From Eledone cirrhosa (Eukaryota), in NCBI GenBank assembly GCA_964016885.1, contig OZ024742.1, positions 249,116,001 to 249,180,000 of the forward strand: a stretch of DNA of 64,000 nt. The letters run 5' to 3'. Below the pieces are notes generated by a model. That model ran no database searches. It saw only the letters and a program-made list of their open reading frames with translations, and had not been told where the DNA came from. The first letter of the stretch is position 1; every line of letters begins with the position of its first letter. A program made the translations under genes and the position numbers. Of this stretch, positions 42,443 through 56,460 are shown piece by piece.

Positions 42443-43048
42443 TCAGGTCACCAGTTGGTGCTACTGGTAACATGTATCCCAGTACAACCTGTCTCATGGT
42501 CGGGTCGTTGGCGACTAAACTGGCAACCCCACCAAGGTTTCTTGGTGAGGAGGGTGACTTTGGACATCCTGCAGGACTAAAAACAAAACCTGTCAAAGGG
42601 CAAAGGAGCTCTTAAGAGTCAATGGCCATCCAAAATCACCGGGAGAGATGACCCCTTAGCCTTTGTCAAGGCAGAATTCTAGGAGAAGGAAAACTCTGAT
42701 ATAACACCTGCAACCCTGATGGTATCCAATGATGTTGACTTGTTCTTCTTTTTGGTAAATATCATCTTGGTTAAGAGAGTGGGACTGGCTTTGTGCAGTG
42801 CCTTTGCTCACTATAAAAGCTTCACGGCACAGGCATTGCTTTATATCTGGAGATCTCTGCACTTGTCGTCACAGGGTACCATGGGCCCAGCACTATGTGT
42901 CAATAATTGTCACAAGTGTAGTGTTTGTACCAGAGTTTTCAAGTCGCTGGCTGGAATAAAAAGTCACATTCGTTCAGCGCATCGGTAGGGGTTCTCCTAC
43001 ATGTATATAAAGTAGTGGCCGTACTCGAAAACGAGTTGGCAGCCACCA

Positions 43049-43050
<2 letters not shown>
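42443..43050 (+). mobile_element. RTE-type non-autonomous element with zinc-finger remnant
   Basis: 5' part as in 40385-40975; [23 protein letters not shown]; 3' ggccgtactcgaaaacgagttggcagccaccatgta. Confidence 0.72.
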
Positions 43051-43080
<30 letters not shown>

Positions 43081-43103
43081 CATATATATATATACATATA
43101 TTT

Positions 43104-43169
<66 letters not shown>

Positions 43170-43238
43170 GTATATACATATATATATATATACATATATA
43201 TATACATATATATATATACATATATATATACATATATG

Positions 43239-43489
<251 letters not shown>

Positions 43490-43504
43490 GTATATATATA
43501 TATA

Positions 43505-43635
43505 TTCTGTCCGCCAAGGCTGTGGGGCGGCCACCAGGTGGGACCCCATTTGCTCACTATACAGAGAGATGGGGAGGGCGAGAGATATGGAGTGATGGCG
43601 GTGGGAGTTCGACTCTTCCGTGTTCGGACACATTG
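43505..43635 (+). mobile_element. 3' UTR fragment of the CRE-like element
   Basis: Matches 15876-16010. Confidence 0.75.
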
Positions 43636-44508
43636 CACCTGTCAAGAGTGTATTTTTATATTTGTGACGAACATTGTGAATTCCAACAGACACCAGTGTG
43701 GAAGAAAATGCTGACTTTTATCATGGATGAATGTGTTTAATAGAGTTACTCCTATGTAGCACTTGTGTACCTATTTTTGAAATGAAGAAAGTTGGTTGAT
43801 TGAAAATCTGCCACCTTATTCTTTAACAGATATGAAGCACTCTACGGTTTTTATTCATCCGGAGTTGGATTACAATTAATAAGATATACGTTTTATTCGT
43901 ACATCCCTATTTTATTCGTTATACGTATTTCGAAGATGTAAGGTAGTTGTATAATAACTGCCCTACGTGTTCTCTTCAGACATATATATAAACGAGATGT
44001 GAAATTCCATTGATATGTTACTAGTCGGACGTGTTATTCACCTCGCCGACCAATACACATATGGCCAGATTTCTCTTGTTGCAGTTCTATTAGGCGCAGG
44101 AGATAGTTGATGCTGGCATTGGTAATTGTAAATTGGCTGGTGTATCAGGTTACCAGATTTGTCGCTTGATTCGTAGTATGGCATGGAGGAACCGTTAATC
44201 TATATTTTTTTATATACTTCCGACATTGCATAAAATAGATAAAATAAAAATGGCGTAGGCACTACAATACATGCAATATAGCAGGGGAAACATGATAATA
44301 GTACCACTGATGATGTTGCAGATGTGCAACGAAAGAACTTTGTTAGACTATATATATGTATTTATATCTGTATTTTTTACCGTTGGCCAGTCTGTGATAA
44401 ACATTGATGGCCAAATCAATTAACTATGGTAAACCAACCAAACAGTGTGTGTGTTCTGATATTATTTTCTGGCAATATTATTACAAAAATATGACCCACC
44501 CCAAGTAT

Positions 44509-44585
<77 letters not shown>

Positions 44586-45286
44586 TATATATATTTATGT
44601 ATATGTATATATACGTGTGTGTGTGTTTGTATATATATATATATATATATATATATGACATAAACGTACAAGTAAACCTTTACATACACAGACAGACCAA
44701 AGAGCCATCATAATACATAAATAAAGGAAGAAAAAAAATGTGTCGTCGGTGGCGCACCTAAATACGCGGGTGCTAAGAACTGAACGGAAGGGCAGATTAA
44801 ACAGTGTCAAAAATGAAATACCAACAAACGACTTATTTGTATTTCTATGTTTTATTGAGAAATCAATAGAGCAGTTGTGTACTTTGGCGTCTCCTCTCTA
44901 ATACTGTCAGACACCAACTGGTGACTGAACTAAACTGGACAATACATCAAGCTTCTTTCTACTTTAACACTGCGTTTTCCATAAGCATTTTTATTTCTGT
45001 TGATGTGTTTGTCAAAAGAAATTCTTTTAAAACCATATTCTTTTGTCAGTCAATAGAAGGAGAATGGGAGATATCGAGTGAGAGGGGAATGAGGTGTAAA
45101 AGTTAACAAATAAAAATGGATCGAAAAGAATAAGTAAAATATTTACAAATGTATAAGTACACATACATTCACAAACTTAAATATATATATATCCCCATCA
45201 TCCCCGTCATTGTGTGTACAGAAAGTGGGAAAACAATGACAGAAAGAAAGCCATGTATATATGTATATATATATATACAAAGAGAG

Positions 45287-45365
<79 letters not shown>

Positions 45366-45391
45366 ATATATACACACACACACACATACAC

Positions 45392-45422
<31 letters not shown>

Positions 45423-45496
45423 AAGAAAAAGAGATGAAATCGAAAATGCAACTGGAGTCTTATTTAAAAAAAATATATATATATATTTATTTGGTT

Positions 45497-45534
45497 CCTT
45501 TACCGGTTTCGCAGTTCTTCTGCTTTTCAAAAGG
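45497..45534 (-). ncRNA. Hammerhead motif with compensatory U3:A8 core
   Basis: Minus: cctt-TTGAAAA-gcag-aagaa-ctgc-GAAA-ccgg-TA-aagg; stems I and II perfect, palindromic stem III. Confidence 0.72.
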
Positions 45535-45726
45535 TGAGTTGAGATAGAGGGTCTGTGGTTTTTCTCACATCTGGTTGGTCTCTGAATGTTACTTGTTTTA
45601 TATGGAAAAAGTGGCTCGAAATGCCAGGTTTTTCGAGAAGTAATTTGATTGGTTTGTCAATAATTATAGTAAATTTTGCGCCATATATATATACATACAT
45701 ACATATATATGTATGTATATATATAT

Positions 45727-45765
<39 letters not shown>

Positions 45766-45766
45766 C

Positions 45767-45803
<37 letters not shown>

Positions 45804-45815
45804 TCTATATATATA

Positions 45816-45882
<67 letters not shown>

Positions 45883-45927
45883 GAAAAAGTAAAGAATAAC
45901 ATGGTCAACAGTACAAACAAGGAAATT

Positions 45928-46114
45928 TATTTACAGTCTAACAATTGTTTCAATGATAGAGTTGTCTAAAAATTGCTAAACACTGAAGGTAGTGCCACTC
46001 AGTCTCTGACGAAATGATGAGGTTAAAATGTATTTTAAATTCAGTGGCACTGCCTTCAGTGTTTAGCAATTTTTAGACAACTCTATCATTGAAACAATTG
46101 TTAGACTGTAAATA
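45928..46114. repeat. Fold-back with 72-bp arms
   Basis: 45928-45999 and 46043-46114, one mismatch. Confidence 0.93.
46000..46108 (+). ncRNA. Hammerhead ribozyme motif with long loop 2 insert
   Basis: cagtct-CTGACGA-aatgat-[66 nt]-atcatt-GAAA-caattg-TT-agactg; all three stems pair. Confidence 0.85.
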
Positions 46115-46265
46115 GATATACTTACATAGGAATACAAGTGAAGTCATAAACTCGTCATCCACGTAAACCTCTTGTTGAGTCATACAGCACCGTACGCTAT
46201 AACTATCCATGATAAGAAGTTTTCACAACCTCTAATCGGATTACCTTTAACGATATCTTGTTATG

Positions 46266-46305
<40 letters not shown>

Positions 46306-47135
46306 TTAAAGGTTAAACAAGGTTCAATGAATAAATCAAAGAATGAGTTTTACAATGAGTTTTAAATATGATTTTATAAATTAAATATGATAGTATACTT
46401 TAATATTAATATAGATATTTATAAACTTTTATAGCCTGAAATATTATACATTTTTATTAATTCATTATTCTGAACTAACATAAATAAATTATTTGAAATT
46501 TAACGTTCAGCCGGATATGTTTGGATATATATAGTGATATAATTAATTGTTTGTATATTTCTAATTAACTAAGGACTCGAAATTAAACCCTCATATAATT
46601 ATACCCAGATATATTTAATATTTAGATTGATGGATACTTCTAGATAATTCAATAATTCAAAAATTCGAGTTTACTCTTTCACAAAGCTATGCCTAAATGT
46701 ATATCCATGTGTTTGTATAGATATATATAATTTTTGCATTATCTAATCACACCCTATTCATCCACGACAATACAAATCTCCCTCCCTATGGTTTATACTA
46801 TAAAAATGATTACGCCTTGTCTCTCTATCCTTGATCAATTCTCTTTTGCTTTCTATACTTCTAGTAACTATATTTTCTCCTCATCTGTTTCTCTCTGTCT
46901 TTCTTCTTTCTTCTTTCTTCAATAATTTAAATTATTTGAATCTCAGTTTGAATCTCAGTTATGTAAATTGCTATTATGTATTTTTAAGCTTTCTCACACG
47001 CACCGTCTGTATTATATGTAAATCTTTTCATGTCTCAATCTTAAGGTATATAAATATTGAGTTTTGTCATATCTTATTCACTACAATGACTCAATCTTAA
47101 CCATCTACTATGTCAGGGTATGTCATGCATCATCT

Positions 47136-47202
47136 TATTTTATCTGATGATAACGTACTGTTGAAGTTAGCTCAGTACCTCTGAAATATGTATAATAAAA
47201 TA
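47136..47202 (+). ncRNA. Hammerhead ribozyme motif
   Basis: tattttat-CTGATGA-taac-gtactg...cagtac-ctct-GAAA-tatgta-TA-ataaaata; base of stem II unpaired. Confidence 0.6.
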
Positions 47203-47243
47203 TACTTGATCACGCAAATGTCTATTTTTGTTAATATTTTGAA

Positions 47244-47292
<49 letters not shown>

Positions 47293-47688
47293 AGAGAGAG
47301 AGGGGGGGAGCGACAAAGACAGCCACACACACACACACACACACACACATACAACATATATATATATATATACACATTAATATATATGCATCAATATATA
47401 TGCATCAATATAACTCTAACCGTGCACACGCATATATATACTTGTGCATGTGTGTGTCTGCAGTAACAGGAATTAAAACGACAAAATAAACAAATTGATT
47501 TCACAATGCAAACGATTGTAACAAATTGTCATTTCACATACCTCGTAATATACACAGACAAATACATGTAGAAATTATAATGATCTTCAGTGGTTGGCTA
47601 TATTGATTTGTCCGTGTTTTTTTTTCCGTTGTCCTTGTGTGTGCTCAATCCCGCCCCTTCTCTCTCTCTCTTTCTTTCTCTCTCTCTT

Positions 47689-47769
<81 letters not shown>

Positions 47770-48329
47770 CAACTAGAAATTGATTAACATATAAATAAAC
47801 ATATGTTGAAAGGACTTGACTGCTGTTTCTAGTTGTCGATAACCCTATTCACGCCACTGGGACGAAGCTGGTATGATGTGTGTATTTTTAGTATATACAG
47901 CACGTGTTACTGGCCAGTCGCTGATTTGAACTTAATGCGTAAACACAGATGGCTGGACTTCTTCCTTGTTGAAAATCCAAGTATCGGCCTCCGTGGTTTA
48001 CCATTCGATTAATTGGTGAAATATATTTCTTTAATGGAATATATACAGGGAAGATTAATCATATTATAAGGTATCTATTTTTGAAGTTCTAGTTAACTTT
48101 ATTTAGTTACCTACCTAGCTATGTGTGCTTACACACTTGTAAAAATTATCCCCTGTGATTGTTTCATATGTTTATTTATATGTTAATCAGTTTCTTGTTG
48201 TTATAAAATGCTCGGACCTATTCATTAGAATCTTGGAGCTTATTTTACGGGTGATATGGCGCATGCCTTTCTGGCATGACACCCATAATTTTGATTGAGA
48301 TTAAATTCACTTTGATTTATCTTAATTTT

Positions 48330-48378
<49 letters not shown>

Positions 48379-48441
48379 TATACGAAGTGGTATCAAAGTT
48401 ACCGGACTAGTTTATTAATTATATATATGTGTGTGAAAGAG

Positions 48442-48537
<96 letters not shown>

Positions 48538-48559
48538 CTGTGTCTGTATGCGAAGGAAA

Positions 48560-49650
48560 AGTAAACGGAAACAACATATCAAACAACACATTACAATGAA
48601 GAAATTATTACTTTACTGCTGAATACAGTAGGACAAGTTTTAACGTTCGAATCATCTGATGACATTCTAAAAGAGCGGACTTCTATGCAGATGTCAAATC
48701 TCTTGATTTCAGCAAGATCTTTGACAAATCGATCACAGTATTCTGTAGAAGAAGCCATCCAACATTGAAGTCAGTGCAAATCTACTATAGTCGAGTGAAT
48801 TCTTCCTAGTGAACAGAATCCATATTGTGATCGAAGAAATAGGATCAATCAAAGTAAAAGTCATTAGGTATGTACCACATATTAGTGTGTTGGGCCTGCT
48901 CCTCTTCATTATATATTTTAATGACATCATAGACAACAGGTACAGCAAAACAAGAATCTTCGCAGATCACTCTAAACTTTGGAAGATCATCACCGAAAGA
49001 GATCGGATATCGGGTATACCTTCAATCCAATTTGCTCACTGTTTCCAATAATTAGAAAAAACAAAATCATTATTTTAATATACGAGGATACATTCGAGCT
49101 AATCCGCTTTTGAAAATAGGATGAACATAGATTACCATATTCTCTTCCCTTAAATGAAGCCTTCCTGGAATCCAACAACACAAGACTTCCGGGAGTAACT
49201 GTCAATCACAACTTAAGCAAAATACCCACATAAAAAAAATTGACAGTGCCCTCAAGAAATATTTCTGGATTCTTAAATATTTCCCATCTAAGGATATTCA
49301 TGCCATTACGCTTCGGTTCTCTATCTTACCCTGCCCTAACTTAAATGTTGTTGCTCCTTGATATCTTTCCACACGAATCAAAGTACTGTGATATTGAAAC
49401 ACCCAAGATGTCTATTAAAAAACGATTAAAAAATAACATGCTAGGCCTTAATTATTGCGATCGACCCTAAAAGTTCAAACTCTACTCTCACCAACGTTGC
49501 TGTGACTGCTATCATTTGCATAACGCTGAAAATGTTTAGTTTAATTTTGCCCAAATGGTATTGGCATTTAACTTAAAATTCACCCAAGGCTTTCATCACG
49601 CAAATATATTACGATACAACTGTTTCACAACATCTGACGCCTCTCTTTAG
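48560..49650 (+). mobile_element. Highly decayed CR1-type LINE RT
   Basis: DFSKIFDK, VPHISVLGLLLFIIYFNDI, RIFADHSKLW. Confidence 0.75.
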
Positions 49651-49669
49651 GAAAATACAGCAAAAAGAC

Positions 49670-51330
49670 ATATGTATATGCAATTATTACATGCTGAATT
49701 TTTGAAATATTTTACATAGTTCCATTAATGGACTGTACTTGCAACTGCTTAACTAGTCGTGCTCTTTCTGGTTCTGTGAAGCCCAGCTTCTCAGGTTTTG
49801 TACTGAGGCAGTTATTAATACATCCAAGAGCCTTAATAACCACAGGTATAAATCTGAAGCCATAGTCAGGGTGGTGTATCTGCAGATTCATCATTAGTTC
49901 AGCATAAATGTTCTCCTTTTCCCTGATCTTTATCATTATATTGACATCAACTGGGAAGCTGATTTCCACTACTGTGCATGCCGTCTATTCTTTGTTCCAT
50001 CATTTATTCCGTTGGTTGTGTTTGAATTTTATTGGAGTTTTGACTGGAACATTCCACCAATACTCTTTCATATTATGTATGTATATGCCCTCCGCATTAC
50101 TGTAACGTTTCATATGTTTGTTGTTGGTGTTATCCTTTCTACGGATAGCATTGTATCGTGTTTTGGCCTGTACAACAGGCCTCATAGGTAGATGTTACCG
50201 TGATGACATCTTTGGATCATGGCTTATAAAATGGGTGACACCTTCGATGTTAATTACGCAGAGTGAGCATCACATGTCACATCTAGGTGTTTTGCCTGCA
50301 TTCCTATTTCTTTTGTAAATCAGGTGTTTCGGAGTTATTTCCTGTTCTTGTATTGCAAAAGCATATCCTTCAAAGTGAGAGCTATTTATAGTGGTTGATA
50401 ATATTCTTCGCTTACCTATATTACTCTCAATTTGGAACTTCCTCTCATTACGGTATTGGTGTGTAATTTTCATGGGTGTGGATATTTGGTAATCATGTCT
50501 GGAGTACATCTCAAGGAGCTCATTACCAACTCTCCTTATGTTATCTGTCTCATCAAGACAAACTTGTTCTGTAGATAGGTTCCTACTCAGAGTGTTTCGT
50601 AGATGTCGGTAAGATATGATGAAACACTCAAATTCTGTCTGGGTTGATATTAGGTCTCTGATTCTTGGTTTACGTTTCAGGTAGAGCCGGTCAATGTCAC
50701 TGTTCATGTGGAAAATTAACATCGATGGTTTAGATTTCATCTAGCGTTCAAGCAAGTAATCTAAATGTTGATATCAGGACAGGCACGGGAAACATATTGT
50801 GCACAGAGAATTCCAAAGACGATATTTTTTCTTTTCCGGGTGTTATATTTCACGCTTATTGGTTCGTTTTACATATTCCATCACAGGGTATATTCTCATT
50901 TATCCCTAAGTATCTGTAGCAGTTCTCGTCAGTTACTGGTGTAACAGTTAGGCCATTGATAGAAGTGTTGCTATATTGGCTTGTAGTTTTTCTACGATTT
51001 ACAATCATATATGAACATTTATCCTGGACAGACGCCATTCCTATATTCTTCGAAACTATCGTAACCAGCTCAATGATTTTCTTCATCCCATTTATGTTCT
51101 TGGCATAGAATTTCAGGTCTTGCACAAAGAAGATATGAGTTAGGTTTGTATTCATGTCCTCCTGTGAACCAATTATGGTTCCTTCATATTTCTTGAGCAG
51201 AAAGGACAAGGGGTTTAATGACAGTATAAATAGTAACACAGAGAGACTGTCTCCTCTGCAATATTCTATTTTATCAGTGGAAATAGAGCCCTCCTTCTCT
51301 GTATCTAACTTTAGGAAAGTAACCCAAGAA
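49670..51330 (-). mobile_element. Second R4/Dong-type element, decayed
   Basis: LFILSLNPLSFLL, FFVQDLK, SHFEGYAFAIQEQEI, MKEYWWNVPVKTP match 32245-34850; (TATG)n-like flank. Confidence 0.88.
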
Positions 51331-53161
51331 GTATGTATATATGTATGTAAAATGTGTATACAAATGTATGCATGTATGAATGTATGAATGTATATAGGTA
51401 GGCATGTTGATATCTAGATATGTATGTATATATGCATATATATACAAAAACGAATGTAAATAGACAATGTGTAAAACGTAATATTCATTGTAGATCTTCA
51501 AAGAAGACAGTATTTTAAATAATCAATCTAAATGACAAGAGTTGAGGTTTTGTGGGTGGGATGTGTGCGTGTTTGTGGGTCGGTGTGTGCAAGTGTGTGC
51601 GTGTGAGCGTGTGTGTGTGATATTGCAGACAGTTGATACCTACCATGTGCAGTCAGTCATGTTGTATGACATACCATGCAACAAAAACACTGTTTAGTTT
51701 TCTTAGCATGACAGATGATATGTTACACCAGCAACATGTGTATAGCATTACTGATTTCTTACATACGGTCACGTAACACAGAGCCTGAATTTGGTTTTAT
51801 TACTGATGGAGTTGGGATTTTGTTACCTCCATGCCTTTCTTTAAATTATTACAGACTGCAACAGGGTGGATTTCCGTCAATTCACCAAAGACTGTCCCAG
51901 TTGTTCGACCAACGGAAGTCTGTTCTTGAAATTATCTTCTAGGTAACTTTTTATTTCACAAACATTTAAGTTAATTCTCAATGAGATTCAGTGTTACAGG
52001 ATGTGCGACAAAGCTGACTCTTTCAATTACAGTTATAGCCCTCCTGACGGGCCTCCAAGCAGTTTCCGTCTACAATTCTACATGTTGACCTGAGACTATA
52101 GTAAATGATACTTGCGAAAGATGCCACACATTGGGATTGAACCATATGATTGCGATCGAACATCTTAACTATTCATTCATGTTGTGTGAACTGTTTGCAA
52201 TAGTGCATTAACTGAGTATAGAGTTCGAACGAATATTGAAAAGACAACTGTGTTTGTAACTTAAAATAATTTATTAAGGAATATTTTTTTCATGTCCTTA
52301 TTCGTAATTAAGATATTATTTTGAACAATAAAATACTTTACATCTTCTAGGCCTAACCGCAAGACTGATGTGTGGGTAGTGGCGCTTATATTATTTTATA
52401 TAGCAAAGAAATTTAATATTTCTGAAGCACTAGATCTCTATTGTATTCCTTAGCAACTTTAGAAAATGCTTTCATCATAGCTACAGGTCAAAACAATCGT
52501 TTAAATAACCATAAAGCTACACGTTAATTCATGGTGTTGGATGTTCAGCCCATCGTCGAAAAGGACGGAGACTCCACCATAGGTGTTTGTAAATATATAT
52601 ATCATTTCTGGCATGAGGATGTAGTAATCGCAGTTATAAAGAAACATGAATGTAAAAGTGTTTCATCTACATCACCTTTGTCAGTAGGATTCTCCTCCTT
52701 CCTATCTGTTTCAATAGATATGTCATGTGTTGACGGAGAATTCGCCGCACACCCCCCAACTATGTTTACAATGGATGTGTCATGTGAGGACTGGAACGCC
52801 TGCACTATTACTGATATATAAATCTTGTTTCTCATGATAATTTATTACTCACTATACACACACACACACTCACACGCAATGCATGTATGAATGTCTCGGT
52901 ATACAGTACTTATGAGTTACACATGTTACTCAAGTTTCATGACAGCTCAATGAAATAATTACCCCACGGAGATCAAATACACAAATGTTCAGTATGTCTT
53001 TGATGATCTCGAAAGCCTTATATTCACCTGGTTGACGTTCGCTCTCGAGGAAAATATTTATATTTCACAACTACTCTATACAGACATATTTAACTCTGTC
53101 ATTGGTATTGAATTCTCTCTACTTGACGTATAAATATGTAAATAATAAAAATACTGTATAT

Positions 53162-53476
53162 AATTGTTTTTACTTTTGGCACATGGCCAGCAATTATCAG
53201 TGTATTACTGGTACTTTATTTTATCGACCCCGTAAGGATGAAAGGCAAAGTTAACATCGGCGGGATTTGAACTCAGACCATAAAGGGGCATAACTCTTTG
53301 CTGCAAAGCATGGCGTCAGACCCTCTACTGATACTGCCAATCCATATATAATTGTTTCTACTATTGGCACAAGGCCAGAAATTACCCAGTACATTACTGG
53401 TACTTTATTTTATCGACCCCGTAAGGATGAAAGGCAAAGTTAACCTCGTCAGGATTTGAACTCAGAATGCCAATCC
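53162..53476 (-). mobile_element. Two tandem tRNA-derived SINE copies
   Basis: 53162-53345 and 53351-53476 (second has an internal deletion). Confidence 0.9.
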
Positions 53477-53852
53477 ATATATAATATAATATGTTTGTAA
53501 ACGATATACTAGAACACATTAATTAAGAAACAAACTACCATTTTATACATATATAGCAAATGTTATGTAGATTTAAATACACATTTAAAGCTATACAAAT
53601 AGGTGTTAAAATAAAACAATACCCAAATAAAGATATTGTTATACTTAAATAGATTTACTTCCAAATATGGCAATCCAATCATAGACAGATCCGTTCCTGA
53701 GAATCACAAAATATTGAATATTCGTCATCAATTACAGTAATTAGTATCGATCACCAATTATCGATTTTGGTGAGCATCAATCAGGACTATGATTATTTTC
53801 GTCAGTATATTTAAGTCTTCGTTAAAATGCATACCTCGCGGGAAAAAAAAAG

Positions 53853-53889
<37 letters not shown>

Positions 53890-53966
53890 AATTTAAATAC
53901 TAGAGTGTGTTGGAGTTAAACACCCTCTTCATATTATAGAAATGACAGTAAAGATATAGCTCAATG

Positions 53967-54023
<57 letters not shown>

Positions 54024-54039
54024 AAAGGAAAATAGAAAT

Positions 54040-55310
54040 AACAACACAATCGGTACACTATATGGATGGTATATATTAGGTTAACGCTTGATATAGCAGG
54101 AAGAGGGTCTTAACGTTTCGGACGCTAGTCCTTCATCAGAAGAAAGAATGAGAAATAAAATAGATTGAGGAGACGGGCGGGATGGAATTGGAAAAAATGT
54201 CTTTAGATAAAAATAATAGATCCATTCATGTTGACATCTCTTGCAAAACTGTTGGTTCTGGCGTTTTGTGTATGATTTGTTTTTTAGAAAAGTGGATGAT
54301 GGCGCGCGTCTACCTGAAATGGAAAAAAACCCGTTTTGTAAAAAGCGCTATACTTGAGCACGTGCGTAAGCATGAGTTTGTGTGTCTGTGTGTGTGTGTG
54401 TGTGTGTGTTATTATAGGTCCGTACGAAGCTAAGAAGAAATCTGTGTGTATATGTGAATAAAAGAGTGTGTGCATGTAAGTACGAAGCTATGAGCAAAAG
54501 TATGTTAATATAAGGGTGTGTATCGGCATGTATTAGTAGTAAGAGAAGCTGCTAATGATCAAGAGAAAGCGATAGCAATCTAGGGGTGTGATAATGGACG
54601 GGGTATTAAAGAAATCGGGGAGGTTAGTTGAGTCCAAGAGGATAATAGGACACAAGACGGTGAATCAGACTTTGTTCAGTCCTGGTGCGCGAGGCCTGTG
54701 ATCCATGATGTAAAAGGACACCGCAGGACTGAAACATGTAGGGAAAAATGACCAGGAGAACAGAAATGACGGGCGACAGGAGTATCCAAACCGAGTCGTA
54801 TGTCCCTCAAATGTTCGGCAAAACGGTCCGCCATACGGCGTCCAGTTTGTCCGATATATAAAGACCCGCAAAGGGAACACTGGAGAGCATAGACAATGTG
54901 GATGGAGGTGCAGGTGAAGGAATGGTGTTTACGGAAAGAACGGTTAGGGCCAGTAAGAGTAGTGAGGGTGGAAATAAAGGGACAAGTGCTGCAGCGGGAA
55001 CGGGAACAAGGATAAGAGCTGGGTGGAGTCGTGGGAGAGCACGAAAAAGAACTGTGAACCAGGAGGTCGCGGAGGTTTCGGGGGCGCTTAAAAGCAGTAA
55101 TGGGTAGGTTTAGAAAAAGCGAGAAGTGACGGGGTCAGAAGAGAGGATACGGAAGGAACGGGGGATATGTCGCCGGAGTGGTAGTGTGATGGGGTGGTAG
55201 GTGAGAGGGAAAGGAAAACGGGTGTTGAGAGGGCGGGGATGAGGTGACAGGGCTGTGGTGCGGTCTGTTTCACGCGCACGGGTGAGAGCAGCTTGGATGA
55301 AGGTGGGGGA
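54040..55310 (-). mobile_element. Penelope-like element 3' part (GIY-YIG) with pLTR-like end
   Basis: RFPFPLTYHP...ILSSDP...RNLRDLLVHS...CSRSRCSTCPFI...FTCTS..IVYALQCSLCGSLYIGQTGRRMADRFAEHLRDI. Confidence 0.88.
54108..54143 (-). ncRNA. Minimal type-I hammerhead ribozyme at a Penelope 3' end
   Basis: Minus: tctt-CTGATGA-a-ggac-tagc-gtcc-GAAA-cg-TT-aaga. Confidence 0.88.
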
Positions 55311-55603
55311 TATATATATATGTATGTATATATATAAAATTAGAATTTCTCGCCATAGCACAGCTGATACATAAATGTACACGTATATACATATATACAT
55401 ATACAAATGTACATATGGGTTATATCGAACATCAATAATAATTTTCGATTAATGTTTAAACAAACGGTCCGATTTGAAGTTGTGTGGTGCCGGTGACCGA
55501 TCGTCAGCCGTTTGTCCAACACTGTTTTTGAGGAAAAATCAACATGTCTCTGGGTCAGTACCCTTCATCAGGAATGTATACCTCCGCCAGTCTGTTGAGC
55601 GGT

Positions 55604-55659
<56 letters not shown>

Positions 55660-55661
<2 letters not shown>

Positions 55662-56460
55662 CTTTCGTAAAATCGAACCGAAGAAACAATATTTCCATTG
55701 GTCTTTCCAATTGCTAACACTATCTATCTGTCGGAACAGTTAGTTCATCATTACCGAGAACAATTGTTTCAACTTATTCGGATCATTGGAGCTCGGTTTA
55801 AATGAAGTTGTACAGAAAATGAAAAACACCGTTACGAATATACATGTGCAGAAACAGCCACTTCCCAAAGGGGATGTAAACCGACGATTGATCGAAGGTT
55901 GAGAGATAACTGTGGATTCGGGAATAATTATATATTATTCATGTTATTCAGTCCAGAATATTATAGATTGTTCATGTTAGTCAATCTGGAGCTTTGTGAT
56001 AGGTATTTCCAGGCGGGTGGCCAACGCGAAAAAAGTTTATTCCTTGAATTTAAACAAAGGCTGTTACCTAACCTGTCAGGATATTGATTCTTTCTTCAAT
56101 GCCGAGCCCACAAGACGGATTCCCATTTCCATATGGCTTAGACTTAGAAATAACTTTCCATTGGATGGAGTAATCCACACCTGTGTCTTTGAGGGAGCAT
56201 ACGTGGTTTGCGAGCTTCTTGGACGATCGTTGTCCGGGTGTCTGTAGGCCAACTGATGATTCAAGAAGCGTTCCTTAAACCGGCCCTCCACGACACCTAG
56301 ATAGGATTTAACCTCGTGTTGTTGATTTGGTCGGTTAGAAGTGACCACAGCTTCGTTAATTACAGCGGGTGTGTTACATTGTTGTTGAAGGGGACAAGCT
56401 TCAGGCCTTCGGCAAGAGCATCCTGGTGGGGTGCCGAGGAAAATGTCGAGCAAAAGCATG
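55660..56460 (-). mobile_element. Penelope-like element 3' part (GIY-YIG) with decayed hammerhead
   Basis: CSCRRPEACPLQQQC..PAVINEAVV...KSYLGVVEGRFKERFLNHQLAYRH; 55753-55797 is a core-mutated copy of the 20351 hammerhead. Confidence 0.85.

Noticed and set aside
42719-42988. C2H2 zinc-finger gene
   Set aside because: Single finger remnant inside an RTE-type element
44084-44125. Apparent exon with good acceptor and donor
   Set aside because: Stop codons in all three frames
52531-52835. Overlapping ORFs in unique sequence as a host exon
   Set aside because: No recognisable motif and weak splice signals; cannot be supported
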